DNA of 55,999 nucleotides, counting the filler, from Sphacelaria rigidula (Eukaryota), in assembly GCA_964200075.2 (NCBI GenBank). It is 6 parts of 6 records of this genome, joined end to end, with 100 filler letters (N's around TTAATTAATTAA, not from the genome) between each part and the next. Parts side by side here need not be neighbours in the genome. Positions count along the whole stretch, not along the records: positions 37,402 to 46,650 come from CAXNAA020008925.1; positions 46,751 to 55,999 come from CAXNAA020008926.1; 4 more parts are not named here. One strand, written 5' to 3'. The position numbers were made by a program, and so were the translations under genes. Under the pieces are notes generated by a model. The model worked only from the letters and a program-made list of their open reading frames with translations, searched no databases and was not told where the DNA came from. Shown piece by piece: positions 37,402-49,640 of this stretch (the stretch's first letter is position 1; every line of letters starts with the position of its first letter).

Positions 37402-38109
37402 CCCTTGCACGTTCTGGGCAATTCTCAGCAACCGAGATCAACTGCCCACATACCGCTTCCTCATCCCCGCCCACTACATACATATTGACTGCACGCTGAA
37501 AGTTATCGGCAGAGGGATAAGCAGACTTCATGACCGTATCTCCTTGTCTTTGCACGGCCCACCTGGGTTTAGTGCCTCGTGAAAATGACCACATGGTAGC
37601 ATGTACACTCCTTCCCGGTTTTTCCGGTCCACCCTCTGTTCGTGTAATTACTGCGTTCTAGTATAAATTGTGACACAACAAAAACACCGGAAAACTTGGG
37701 GAAGCTGTACTGAGTGCAAGTAATATCACATAACCAAGTTCCGACCGCCCTGCACTTGGAAACCTGGGAAGGCTTATGCGGGTAAGGGATAGGGCGCCCA
37801 CACGATCTTTGCGGTGGCATCACACTCGTCAACAATCCCCGCGCTGGTCGTTTGGGTCTGGTGGATAAATATCGCCTCGCCGTGATTGGGCAGGTCGCTC
37901 CAAGACTTATGTTTTATCATTTCACCAACACAGGGTCAACCCTGTGTTAGTGGGGGGTCGGTCCCAAAAGGCTTGATAAAATATTCATGAAGTTTGATGA
38001 ACCCATCTTCCCTGGGTTGGTGTACGACCTTACTCCAGATCGAAGCCCAGATGTACACACAGGTTCAGAAATACGGCGGTTCTCCGTACTGCTGCAGACC
38101 GCCCGGTGT

Positions 38110-38255
38110 ATGTCTGCTGGCGCAGGCATATTGAGAGAACCTGCTGGCAGAATCGAAACAGTTCCACAGGAGATTGTCTGCCCGGCGTGTGTCTGCTGGC
38201 GCAGGAATATCAACAGAACCTGCTGGCAAGGTCGAACCAGTTCCAGAAGATATTT
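38110..38255. repeat. ~79-bp tandem duplication
   Basis: gtctgctggcgcagg.atat....agaacctgctggca...tcgaa.cagttcca at 38112 and 38191. Confidence 0.8.
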
Positions 38256-39309
38256 GTGTGGACCCGCCGGTCCAACGAACATCTTTTCGAATCCACTCGC
38301 ACACAGTAATTAGAGCCGGCATGATATGCATAGATCGGAAGGCGGAGCTTACCTACGGTAAACTCCCGATAATGCACGAGAGTATACTATACATATCCAA
38401 CACTACAAAACGAAACCCTAGTATTTACTCAACACCACCCTTTACCGAAAAACAAACGACGTCATTTGGAAGTGGGTTGCGAGGAAGTAAGGAGCGACGC
38501 AGTACGGTGAGCTGTCGTCGGATTTCGTGTAGCATGTTGTCACCATCACCCGTATTTCGCGCCAGCAGGTTGGTGAAGACATACGTTTCATCACGTGTCT
38601 CGATTCGAAAGTGGTGTGCGGAAGCACATATACTCTTATGTCATTTACTCAACAGAGAGTACGGTACAACAGTAGCGCATAGCCGCACATTGCCCATCCA
38701 AATCACGGTGGGAATAAACGTCCTCATCGTCTCAGTCATCGTCTTTGCCTTGTGATGAAAGGAACGACACGGATTGATCGTCCAAAGAGTAAAAAAGTAA
38801 AGAGCGAAAAATGAAAAAAAACGAATACCAAAAAACCACGGTGTTTGCCAAACAGCACCCGTCATGGTGAAGGAAAATCGCTCATTTTGGGACAGCGCGG
38901 TGCGAGCTGCACAGTCTGTGGGCAATGTGTGCAGTGCGAAGAACCGGTGAGAAGTATCGTATTGGATTTACTGTCCGTCTTGGCAGCGTGTAGCGAAGGC
39001 GGAGTAATATTATCGTCTCTCGTGTGCGTGGAGTGTGGTCGGTGTGAGACACAGTTGACGATTACAGCGAACAGTATATGTTACGTTCTCTAGAACAGTA
39101 CAGCTAGTAAGTACCGCATAGTGCCGACACAGAAGTGACTGAACTTCTCCCACAGTTGATTACTCCGCAGTCGGAGACGGGTGTGGAGATAGCAACGTAA
39201 TGAAAGGACGCTATTCCGTGAGGAGCTCACCCGAGCAAACAGGCAGACACCCACATAACAATCGCAACAAATAGAAGTGCAAGTTACAGTCGCCATACTC
39301 CTATTGGAC

Positions 39310-39670
39310 TTCATAATCTGTGTCGTGGTGAGCACTGGATCGCAGGTGCTCCTTTTCAATTTCTTGAGAGAGGCAAGCAGGAGGCGATGCTCCCGCCGGT
39401 CACGATACAACGTTTGAATGCTTGACTGCAAACAACCTGCAATACTGTTCAATGTATCTTCCCACGGTATGCTGAACGACATGACTAAGAAACAAAAGCA
39501 GATATAATACAGTCGTCATGACATGTCGTCTGTTGCAGCAAACACCACGCGGTTGATGATGGGCTCGGCGTGGGTAATACTCCTGGGTGGAGCTGTTTCA
39601 TAATCTGTGTCGTGGTGGGCACTGTATCGCAGGTGCTCTTTTTCAATTTCTTGAGAGAGGCAAGCAAGAT
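39310..39670. repeat. ~75-bp direct repeat, two copies ~287 bp apart
   Basis: ttcataatctgtgtcgtggtg.gcactg.atcgcaggtgctc.ttttcaatttcttgagagaggcaagca at ~39310 and ~39597. Confidence 0.85.
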
Positions 39671-39924
39671 GGGGCTTCGCGAGAGGTGATGCTGCCGCAA
39701 GCGACGAAAATAATTCCGTGGTGGATGATCGAGGCGCAGTTCAACAATTCGATAGTGAAAGCGTGCATAAAATAATGTTCCGATAAGGATAATCTGTGAC
39801 TTGGCTACAATATGGGAAATTCGGACAGCGGGCACTTGATTGCAGTGTGCGAGCGGGGTGATATTACGTCATTAATAAATAGGATGATAATAATAATATA
39901 ACAATAAAAGTAATAAATATAGTA

Positions 39925-39948
39925 ATCGTAGTAGTAGTAGTAGTAGTA

Positions 39949-40008
<60 letters not shown>

Positions 40009-40062
40009 GCAACAATAATGATAATAACAACAGCAACAATAATGATAATAACAACAACAATA
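39925..40062. repeat. Compound (AGT)n/(AAT)n/(AAC)n microsatellite
   Basis: Direct inspection. Confidence 0.95.
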
Positions 40063-40499
40063 CCAAATAGTTCTGGTATTCGGAGTTCGTAGCGATATGA
40101 CCAGAAAAGATTTTCAAAGAAAATGCAATGGAGTATGACTTTACTGTTTGGCGAGAGGGAAAGTAGAAAGAGAGGGAGAACATTTCCAAGTGACGCCAAG
40201 AAAGAGTGCGGGCAACGGGTGGGAAAGGATAGAAAGACAGGTAAGGTGATGAAAGAGTAGGATGAAGAGTGTGCATAGCTAATGGAACAACAAACCTAGG
40301 ACATGGTGCACGGGTAAACGGAGGTGAAGAGAGGCAGGAACAGGTAAGTGCCCAGAACGGCAAGGGGAGGAGAGGAAACATAGGCGCCCGAAGCAAACGG
40401 ACAAGGACCATTCCAAAAACTGGAAGGACAATCAAGCACAGGAAAGTAGAATTAAAAGTGATGGAGAAAAAACAGTAGACAACAGGAGGGCAGATAATG

Positions 40500-41770
40500 A
40501 CTCGGAGAGAAAGTCCAGAGTAGAATCGTGGAACGTGTGTGGATTCGCCACAGACATGCGCAACAGAGAGGAGATAGCGCAACAAGAAGTAAACGAGACC
40601 TAGCTCACCGGTCGCCCCAGTGGCTCAGTTGGTAACCTCGAAACCTTCTGATGGTTGGGTCGTGGGTTCAATTCTCGGAGTGATCTGGGATTTTTCTCAC
40701 ACCATGCCCAAGAGTGGAAAGCGACTATGTCGTGAATACACAAAATTCGACTCAACGGTCGACGAGAGAAAGGGACTGCTGAACCCCTCTCGTGATAAAA
40801 AATAAAAGGCAAGCACCGCAGAAGGAAGGTGGGGTACAAAAAACGAATAAAAAAGAGAAAGCTCCTGTGTTGATCTCCCTCCTGTGTGACCCCGGCTGAT
40901 GCGCCCACGGAGACCGAAAGGGGTAGACTGGCGTCCAGAACAGACAGGACGTCAACACACACAATACACAGAGATAGAGTATAAATCCAAGAGCCATGGG
41001 GAAAAGAGGGGGCGGAAATAGGATGCAAAGTTAGAGCGTAGGCATGAATAGGGAAGAAGCGGAAGGGACAGAAGCCCAAGAGCAGGGGAGCGGGGGGAGT
41101 AGGATTCTCTGTCGAGGAATACCTGTGTGACAGTATAGAAGTGATCGACGACACGAAACTCGACGTGAGCATAGAGATAAGGGTACCAGGAGAGCGGGGA
41201 ACGAAGGACTTCTTCGTAGGGAACATCTATATGCCCCCACAATCGAAGAGTAAGGTGAACGAGATACAGCGGAGATTTGGAGAGATATCAGCAGATGAAC
41301 ATGAGTATAAAGGGCAAAGAGAAGTGATGTTAGTGGGAGATTGTAATGCATTGGTAGAAAGAGCACGTCAACCGGATGATATCATTGGGCAATACGAAGG
41401 AAGGTAAGAAGAAGACGAATGAGGTAAAAATGCTGTCATGAGCATAAAGAGATGACGCTAAACGGCAGAGCAGTATCATGAGCATAAAGAGATGACGCTA
41501 AACGGCAGAGCACAAAAGCCAGAGGCGCAATGGACATGGACTGCGAAATGCAAAGAAGAGAGGGAATGCTCCGTTCTTGACTATATGGTGGTAGAATATG
41601 GAAAACGTGAAGGGATGGAAGTACATGCACGCCTCGAGGACGTGGGGACTAAAGATCGTTGCGTACTATGGGCAGAAAGCCAACAGGCGAGAGCTATGAG
41701 TAAAAGATAAGGCGGGGTAGGAAGTTATACAAATGGAGAATCGATACACTAGACATGGAAGAAAATCGGC
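40500..41770 (+). mobile_element. Degenerate LINE apurinic-like endonuclease (APE) domain, interrupted by a SINE
   Basis: Motifs in order: SWNVCG (~40525), IQEPW (~40987), GGVGF, VGNIYMPP, LVGDCN (GDFN-like), TLNGR, WTW, SVLDYMVV, VGTKDR (SDH-like). Stops are present, plus a 40-bp-period duplication at 41436-41512. Confidence 0.85.
40607..40975 (+). mobile_element. tRNA-derived SINE, apparently full length (~370 bp)
   Basis: Head gccccagTGGCTCAGTTGGtaacc (Pol III A box) ... gggtcgtgGGTTCAAttctc (B box), followed by a unique body and CA-rich tail. At least six copies or fragments occur in the window. Confidence 0.9.
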
Positions 41771-41774
41771 AACA

Positions 41775-41784
41775 TTGTTGTTGA

Positions 41785-41817
<33 letters not shown>

Positions 41818-41818
41818 C
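41775..41818. repeat. (TTG)n microsatellite
   Basis: Direct inspection. Confidence 0.9.
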
Positions 41819-41957
41819 GTCTTTACATCAAAACCGTTCCGATATCTGCGCGGAACATTCGTACTAGGCATCTGATGCGGACGCCTTCCGTGATCACAGG
41901 CTAGCTACCCAAAATACAGACTGGTTCACGGGAAAAAAAACAATTACACTCATCGGC

Positions 41958-42222
41958 AAAACTTCACGCCGTTTAAAGGAGTTAGACGCTGAAATTTTGC
42001 ACAGTTGTTCTATGGGTCATTACGCAAATTTGAAAGGACGACTTTTGTTTTCTTTTTTCACCGTTTTTCCGGGGTCCCAGTTTTGTCGGGAAAACTTCGA
42101 TCTAGTCGGACCCCCGTAGAACGTTAAAAAAAAAAACGCGGTCATACAGAGTTGCGTGATGATCCATAGCACACCTGTGCGAAATTTCAGGGTCTAACTC
42201 CTTCAAACGGCGTGGAGGTTTT
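41958..42222. mobile_element. MITE-like fold-back element
   Basis: aaaacttcacgccgtttaaaggagttagacgctgaaattttgcacag...ttacgcaa is inverted to ttgcgtga...ctgtgcgaaatttcagggtctaactccttcaaacggcgtggaggtttt. Confidence 0.75.
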
Positions 42223-43485
42223 CGCGTTTGTGCGAGGAACTTTGCCGTGCCACGGTGAGACGGCAAACTACTAGATTTTTGTATGAAAATGGCGCTTTCG
42301 GACCTTTTTCGACGTGGACATGAAAATTCAAGCACCAGTTAATCGAGTTTGGCCACGAAACCTTGTGGGGTTCTTCCTTGGGTTTAGCGTTGGCAGAGGG
42401 TTCGCGATAAAAATGAAAAAAAGACTGAAGCGCCGGTTTTCGGGGGTCTCAGAATGGATTACTTCGAAAAAACGACTTGGATCACGTCGGACCCACGAAA
42501 CACACAAAAATAAACAAGATTTAGAAAAACCTTGGTAATCGAAACTTGCACGGTTAGGACAAATCAACTCGTGAATCAACTCAAAGTCATCATTTCAATG
42601 ACTGAATCACACGGTTCGTACATCAGTTGTAATTCAAGCAGTCAACCCTTCTTCATGACTCAAGGCATGTTGTATTTCACACAGTCAGCCACTTGCATTC
42701 CACACCGCAACTCTTCAAGTTTCCCATGGCAGCCCGAGTTGAGCATATAGCTGTTGACTGCAGACCAACCTGGTAACGTACGGCACCGCCGCTGGTCGAT
42801 TGGCGCACTTTTGGCGATGATGTAAGTGTACTACATTGAGTACCGTGTACGTCTCGTGTCATTGCGAGATGGCGTGTCTGCAGACGTTTCGTTCCACGAA
42901 ATGCGGTGGAATTATGATACACAGTTGCGCCACACAGACACGCGAACACCCGACATGCGCAGGCAAAAGCACACAGGTAGTGCTGCAAGATGGCATCAAG
43001 CTCATCGATTGCTCCATTATGTGAGAGGACCTCCGGGCTGACTGTCATATATCACCGTATGAGGGAGAAGTACTACTTGAAACTGCGCTAGACTCCCCCG
43101 AATGCAAACCCGTCAGCAAAATATCGGGACCCTTTGCAACTCGGGAGGAAGCAGGGATTATGCACGATTAGATTATGCACGAAAAAATGGTGATGTCGGG
43201 ATTCTAACTCGTGACCTGGGTAATTGGAGGCTATTTTATCAGTTTGATCACCGGGGCGCAGCCATTTCACATGAAAAGGGCCCGGCTGCGCCCAATTTGA
43301 GTACTCCTTGGTCGGAATTTTACCAGGATCTCCTGCACGCACGCACGCACAACATTTAAGGGGATGCCACCGTATTTCTTATTATCACGTTGTTAAAGCA
43401 TTTTTCCAGTTTTTGCTGAAACTTCAAGTAGTTCCAACAGTCTGCTGTTGTTGATGATAAAATCGTCGCGCCAAATTTCAGCGTC

Positions 43486-43665
43486 TAAGGCCAACTCTTA
43501 TGGGAGCGCTAAGAATTTTATTTTGCAATCATTTTAAACGATTTCTTTTTTTTTTGCCGTAGTTGTATATTTTGTACCCCTTCACCATGATGACAAAGAA
43601 AAAAAAATCCTCTGAAATAGTTGCAAAATAAAATTTCAAACGCTCCCATAAGAGTTGACCTAAGG
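43486..43665. mobile_element. MITE-like fold-back element
   Basis: ggccaactcttatgggagcg..aagaattttattttgcaa is inverted to ttgcaaaataaaatttcaaacgctcccataagagttgacc. Confidence 0.75.
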
Positions 43666-43744
43666 CCGCTACATGTAACAGACAAAGGAAACATGTGGAA
43701 AAGTGTGCCATTTTGGAGCTTTTAAGTCGTTTTACGGCCGAAAA

Positions 43745-44066
43745 GAGAGGTAGGCGGAGTTTGACTCCTTGGAATGACTTGCTCTACTTGTTGAGACGGT
43801 TCCAGGCCATCTTCCCATGTTCCGGTGGCCGCTGTTTTTATTTTTGCCAAACATGAACTTTTGCCCAAGAACGGTGAAAAGCAGTCCAGTCAAGAGAAAA
43901 GTGGCGTTTTTTTCCCATAGATTTGACGGTTTCATACCGTTCTTCGACAAAAATTCTCGTTTGGCCAACATGAAAACAGCGGCCACCGGAACGCGGGAAG
44001 ATGCCTTGGAACCGCGTCAACAAGTACAGCAAGTCATTCCAACGTGTCAAACTCCGCCTAGCTCGC
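43745..44066. mobile_element. Palindromic MITE family C, copy 2
   Basis: taggcggagtttgac..ttggaatgacttgct...ttccggtggccgctgtttt is inverted to aaaacagcggccaccggaa...agcaagtcattccaacgtgtcaaactccgccta. Confidence 0.85.
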
Positions 44067-45244
44067 TCCTTATAACAGAAGAACATGATAGAGAGTTTCG
44101 GAAGGTTTTTGTTATTATCATAGAGTCAGAGTGCAGAGTGGAAGCTTCGAAACTTCATAGTGGACGTTATAAAGTTCACAGCGGAAGCTGATGTGACGTG
44201 GCTTGACGTGATTTTGTTCTGTCGCGGTGATTGACCGCAGGTTGCCCCGCCAAATGCACGATCGACCAGCGCCCACTTCGGAAGTGCATAGGCCGGCGCA
44301 ACACTGACTGTACCGTAGACTGCGGCACCGTCGCACCATACCCTGTACGCGTTTTCAATGCACCTACAGTACTTCAATCCACTACGGCGCACTACAGGAC
44401 ACTGTAGTGCTCTAGTGCTCTAGTTCTGTGCAGCGTGGAGTACAGTACAGTACAGACATAGAGTGCAATACAGAACCCCACAATAGTGCATTGCGATGCT
44501 GTGAACTTTTACACTGTACAGCGATACCGTGCAGAGAGTCAGTTGTACAAATAACAATAGTACAGACGGTACGGCACGCAGCACTTACAAACAGCAGACC
44601 TCGGCCGCATTGCGATGATGTCTCCAAATGCCACCCATAACGGTGGTGCAAGACGTCATGATCTCTCAAGGGATGGGAATACAGCCAGGTGTAGTACTGC
44701 TTGTGCGCTGTAGACTACGAATCATTTCCACCGTCTTCTTTCAGCTGAGACTGGCAAGAGTGAGGAACTGCACCCAAGTCAACGTGTACCCGTCGAGTAT
44801 TTGAATATTCACGAAACACAACCAAGCGAATACTGATACCGTGGCGGCGTCAGAGAGATCTTCTGATTGCGATGCCAAGCTTTTCTACTTCGTGAATGGC
44901 CCATTGTGATGAGTACGGCAGTTTTGATGGATGATGAATGTCCCACTTTGCTCGTTAGGGTGTATTGACCATGGACTGGACGTGACCATGGCGGTGACGG
45001 TGGGCGTGGTTCTTTTTCATTCCGCTATGAGCTCTGACGAGGAACAACGGTTTTCAGAGTGAAGTGGTGCAAACGGCACTCTGACCCTGAAAAAATCGCT
45101 CTGAAAAAATCTTCATAGCGGAAAGTGCACCGTTACCGGCTATTTTTCCTTCTACTCTGACTCCAAGATTTGAAAAAAAGTTTCCAGAAACTCTCTAATA
45201 AATCTGGAAAAGTGCCTTCAGCTTCTACTTCGTTTTACGCCCTC

Positions 45245-45558
45245 AAAGAGTGCTAGACGAAGTTTGACACATTGGAAGGATTTCCTCTACTCGTTGAGGC
45301 CGTTCCAGGACATCTTCCCGTTCTCCGGTGGCCGCAGTTTTTACTTTGGTCAAACAAAAAAAGATGTGTCCAAGACCAGTAAAAAACTGAAATCTAGAAA
45401 AGAACGCAATTTCTCTCTGGACTTGACCGTTCTTGGACAAAAATTATTGTCAAGCCAAAATAAAAACTGCGGTCACCGGAAAACAGGAAGATGTCCTGGA
45501 ACCGCCTCAACTAGTGGAGCAAGTCATTGTAAGGTGTCAAACTCCCCCTAGCTCTCTG
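45245..45558. mobile_element. Palindromic MITE family C, copy 3
   Basis: agagtgctagacgaagtttgacac...ccggtggccgcagttttta / taaaaactgcggtcaccgg...gtgtcaaactccccctagctctct. Confidence 0.85.
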
Positions 45559-46650
45559 TTGGGGCGTGAAACGACGTAGAAGCTCCAAGGAAGCACATTT
45601 CTCAGATTTTTCTTTTCGTTTGTTATTCAAGAAGCGGCCTGATGACTCCTCGAATTACCCACAGCTGGCCCAGCTCGTAGCCTATCTGAGTCCATCTGAC
45701 GAGGGTTTGCAGTCATAAGGATAAGGCATAATATTCCGTATTTCGGCCAAGACAGGAAGACTGGCCTTACATCCAAGGAGATCACAAGGGAGTCTAGGCG
45801 GCCACATATCTCAACTAGGCGTTATTGAAAGCGGCCTTATATCGGGTCACCTTCTGTAGCGTGTTGTGGAGCATGCGACAAGGCCAAGTGAGGTGCACTC
45901 GAGGTTGCTTGTAGGCACAGAAACTTATCATTCAGAGAATCACGGTGTGGTCGATTGAAACAAATTTTTCTCACGAGCAGCCGTTTCTGCTGCTGAATCA
46001 GGCCGCACCTGCCACTTCTCGTAACAGACGTTACTGCCCTACCCTGCACTGCTGTTCCTGTGATGTGTGGAACACACGGCATGTTGTACAAAACCACAAA
46101 TGACGGGGTATATCACCCCCTACATCGGCGATGATGTACATCCTCATTTATTTCGAGGGGAGGGGGAATCTTACATTACTCTACGGCCACGTTTTGAAGA
46201 ATTTGACCGACCCTATCTCTCCAACGTCCCATCTTCCCATAACATGATCATTTCAGCTTCCTAGTCAAGAGAGCCCAGGCAGTTTATAGCACGCGCGTGA
46301 TATTGTCTGCCCGCTAGACTACCCAGAAGGAGGTGCTTCAATCGGTCTCACCTGTGTACGTAGCGAGTCAAGATAGGATGGTGATATTATCTTTGCTTGC
46401 TCTCAAAAAGCAATCTAACGGCAATATCAGATCTATCTCCCCTGTCGCCTCTACCCATCCCCTGCGCCTTCGCTTCGCCGTGACTGGGGCCGTGGTGGGG
46501 TTTTGGGTGAGTAGGGTATATACAAACAGCACAGTATAATCAAGGGGCCCTACAGACTGGAAAACGGTTTATACCCCCCCCCCCCCCCCCCCGGCGCGGC
46601 CGGGAAGTGGGAAAAAAAAACAAGAAGCTGCACACACCACCTTCAACCGT

Positions 46651-46750
46651 NNNNNNNNNNNNNNNNNNNNNNNNNNNNNNNNNNNNNNNNNNNNTTAATT
46701 AATTAANNNNNNNNNNNNNNNNNNNNNNNNNNNNNNNNNNNNNNNNNNNN
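46651..46750. other. Artificial contig linker
   Basis: Same spacer. Confidence 0.98.
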
Positions 46751-48857
46751 AAAAAAGTATGGTTTGGGGCAGGTGAGGGGTGGAACCAGCTCGTCCAGAA
46801 CGTGTTTTTATCGAAACCGGCGCTTGCCGCGACGATTCGAACTCTGCCAACGCACACTTTGCCTAGGGGGAACTATGCATCCTCCTCGTCCGAGGGTCTC
46901 TTGCGCCTTGGGTCGGGGTTATGGTTAGTGTTAGTGTTAGTGCTAGTGTCAGTGTCAGTGTCAGCGTCAGTACTAGTTTGTAACATTCCATGATGTTCCC
47001 CATCAACTATTATCAACGAAAAATTCTTCAGGTCCCCTCCCTTAGACCGCGAGGGTAGGTCACCTGCTGAATCGGCATCGATTTTCACTTGAAAAAGTAT
47101 TTGCGTGATCCAGATGGACTACCCGAATTGTACCGGTCGCCCCGATGGCTCAGTTGGTAACCTCGGAACCTTCTGACGGTTGGGTCGTGGGTTCAAATGT
47201 CCGAGCGATCTGGGATTTTTTCTCACACCATGCCCAGCAGTGGAGAGCGACTATGTCGTGGGCACGCGAAATTCGACTTCATGGTCGACGAGGAAAAGGG
47301 ACTGCTGAACCCCTCTCGCGGTGAAAAAGGAAAGGCAAGCACCGCAGAAGGAAGATGGAGCACCAGAAACAAGTGGGACGACAATCCACACACCCGATTC
47401 ACGGTCTAAGCGTCAACTCTTTGACCGCGAGGGTAGGTTACCTACTGAATCGGCATCAACGTTCCCTTGAAAAAACAGTGCGTGATCCAGATGGACTCTC
47501 TAGTAGACCTTACGAGATGTACCTAAACAATGGTTGGTACTCGATTTTGCTTGTTTTCAGACTGCAGAAAGCTCTGAGAACGTTTATTGTCTGGGGTAGG
47601 TGAGCAGTGGTGAGCAGTAGACCCAGCTTGTCTAGAATGTGTTTTGGTCCAAAATCGGCTGAAAGGCGTCGATTTGAGCTCTGGCAACGCACGCTTTGCC
47701 AAGGGAACACTTCGCACCCTCATTGTCCGAGGGTTCTCGGTATGCCTTGATCGGGGTTGGGGTTAGTGTTAGTGTTAATGTTGGTTTGTAACATTCCATG
47801 ATGTTCCCCATCAAACATTATCCACGTACATTTCCTCAGGTCCCCTCGATGGACTACCCATACCGGGGTCAAAGCGCTAAACATTAAACCGCGAGGGTAG
47901 TCCATCTGAATCACGCACATCTTTTTCAAGTGGAGTTGATGTCGATTCAAGCCATGACCTACTCTCGTCGTATGAGGGTCGAGTTCCAGCTCAAATCTTT
48001 CCTTGGTCTGATATTCGAAATAATGCTAACGACCATCGTACACCCCACCAGCCACCAAACAACATGCCGTTCGTGTGTGCAACCATTTCATAATATACAG
48101 CCCAACGACGGGTCGGAAAATATTCGGAACCAATGAAAATCTAATCCTTGGGCTCCAAAACGAAAATGGTTTTTTCATTAGGGGAAAAGCCGACGTCGGT
48201 GAGTTCTCAATTCTTGGGAAAGGTACCGACCGGTAGGGCACCCTTGCAGTGACACTTTCTACGATAGCCCCCCCACCCAAAAAAGTGTCTGGTTTGGGGA
48301 GGCAAAATCTTTGCGTAAATCGAAATGGAGAAAACCAGACACAACGAGCAGCTGGGAATTCCCGCGCTTGGGTTTGTTCTCGCCAATGTCGCCCATATAA
48401 GGCGCTTCATGCAGCCTGAATCCAAATATCAGGCGCTGTATGACCATTTTTTTCGTGACACTTTTGGGCTGGTTTTGGAGGGGGGGGCTACCGTAGAAAG
48501 TGTCCCTTGTACATAATAATCGGAATAACTTCGTGATGACATGGCGGCTTCACGAATTCACATATCGGATGGCTGCCGAAGAATTTTTCGTTGATAATAG
48601 TTGATGGGGAACATCATGGAATGTTACAAACTAGCACTGACACTGACACTGACACTGACACTGACACTAACACTAAAACTAACCATAACCCCGACCCAAG
48701 GCGCAAGAGACCCTCGGACGAGGAGGATGCATAGTTTCCCCTAGGCAAAGTGTGCGTTGGCAGAGTTCGAATCGTCGCGGCAAGCGCCGGTTTCGATAAA
48801 AACACGTTCTGGACGAGCTGGTTCCACCCCTCACCTGCCCCAAACCATACTTTTTTT
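46751..48857. repeat. ~280-bp near-identical inverted repeat pair (46751-47029 / 48578-48857) with a third diverged direct copy (~47590-47835)
   Basis: ORFs 46802..46993(+) and 48614..48805(-) are almost identical. The arms contain a degenerate hexamer run (ggttagtgttagtgttagtgctagtgtcag). Confidence 0.9.
47132..47398 (+). mobile_element. tRNA-derived SINE (internally deleted) nested in another repeat
   Basis: accggtcgccccgaTGGCTCAGTTGGtaacc...GGTTCAAatgtcc; flanked by acccgaatt / acccgatt, a possible TSD. Confidence 0.88.
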
Positions 48858-49051
48858 CAGGACTTTATCAAGTCTAGGATCGAGTAGTCACCCCTGTCAA
48901 CCATTGTGTACGATTATTTCTTGAGTTCTACTGCTCTAAGGGCCAGCTAGTCTCTTATTATGCTAGAAGCCAACGTGTCGTGTAACAATTTGAAAGGTGA
49001 AAGCCACCGCCGTTCGGGGAGAAAGGTCACTCTCAATCATATATTGAACCC

Positions 49052-49142
49052 TGTGACGGCTTAAGAGACAACCGACTAGACTATTGACCAGTCAGCGATG
49101 ACTGGTCATTAGTCTAGTTGGTTGTCTCTTAAACGGTGACAA
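49052..49142. mobile_element. Short hairpin MITE
   Basis: ttaagagacaaccgactagactattgaccagtca-gcga-tgactggtcattagtctagttggttgtctcttaa, a near-perfect palindrome. Confidence 0.85.
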
Positions 49143-49414
49143 AAGTTAATCGCTGGTTCGATTCCCGTCGGACGCACTTTCTTTGAAGAAAAAAGAGGAG
49201 AGCAAACCTCTGACAAAAAGTTGATCCCAAGGTGAGAAAATCTCTGTAAGAAATGGTCCCAAAAGAAAAAGAGTGGGGTATAGCCTGGTGGTTATGTTTG
49301 GAGTGTACTGCTAAGGACCCCAGTGCACACACTCTGGAAATGAGTGGGGGAGACGAGTAACTCAAGGGTACGGTGATAGTGTCAACATTAGGGATCCTGA
49401 TAGTAGTCGATGGT

Positions 49415-49640
49415 GCGCTGGCAAGGGGAGTCACCCCCCTCGGAGTGAAAGCGACGGGGATTAAACCCCCACGTCTAACTTTTGTGATGGTTTAAGAGAC
49501 AACCAACTAGACTACTGACCAGTCAGCGTGGGGGTTTGATCCCCGTCACTTTCACTCCGAGGGGGGCAACTCCCCTTGCCAGCGCTCTATCCACTGCTAT
49601 CAGCGCTGATAGGCCAGTAGTCTCTTAAACCGTCACAAAC
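49415..49640. repeat. Interleaved inverted repeats (A-B-A'-B')
   Basis: A 49415-49472 pairs with A' 49527-49585. B 49482-49526 (same as the 49052 hairpin arm) pairs with a shortened B' 49612-49638. Confidence 0.8.

Noticed and set aside
38401-38412. CACTACAA, a possible CACTA transposon end (also ~28727)
   Set aside because: No matching opposite terminus or transposase evidence on the same contig.
39864-40585. Hydrophobic poly-L/poly-I ORFs (also 31733..32134)
   Set aside because: Translations of trinucleotide microsatellites and the antisense of purine-rich LINE sequence.
40614-40685. tRNA gene at SINE heads (also 47138 and 11258)
   Set aside because: A and B boxes are present but the acceptor and T stems do not close and a conserved non-tRNA body follows, so this is a SINE head.
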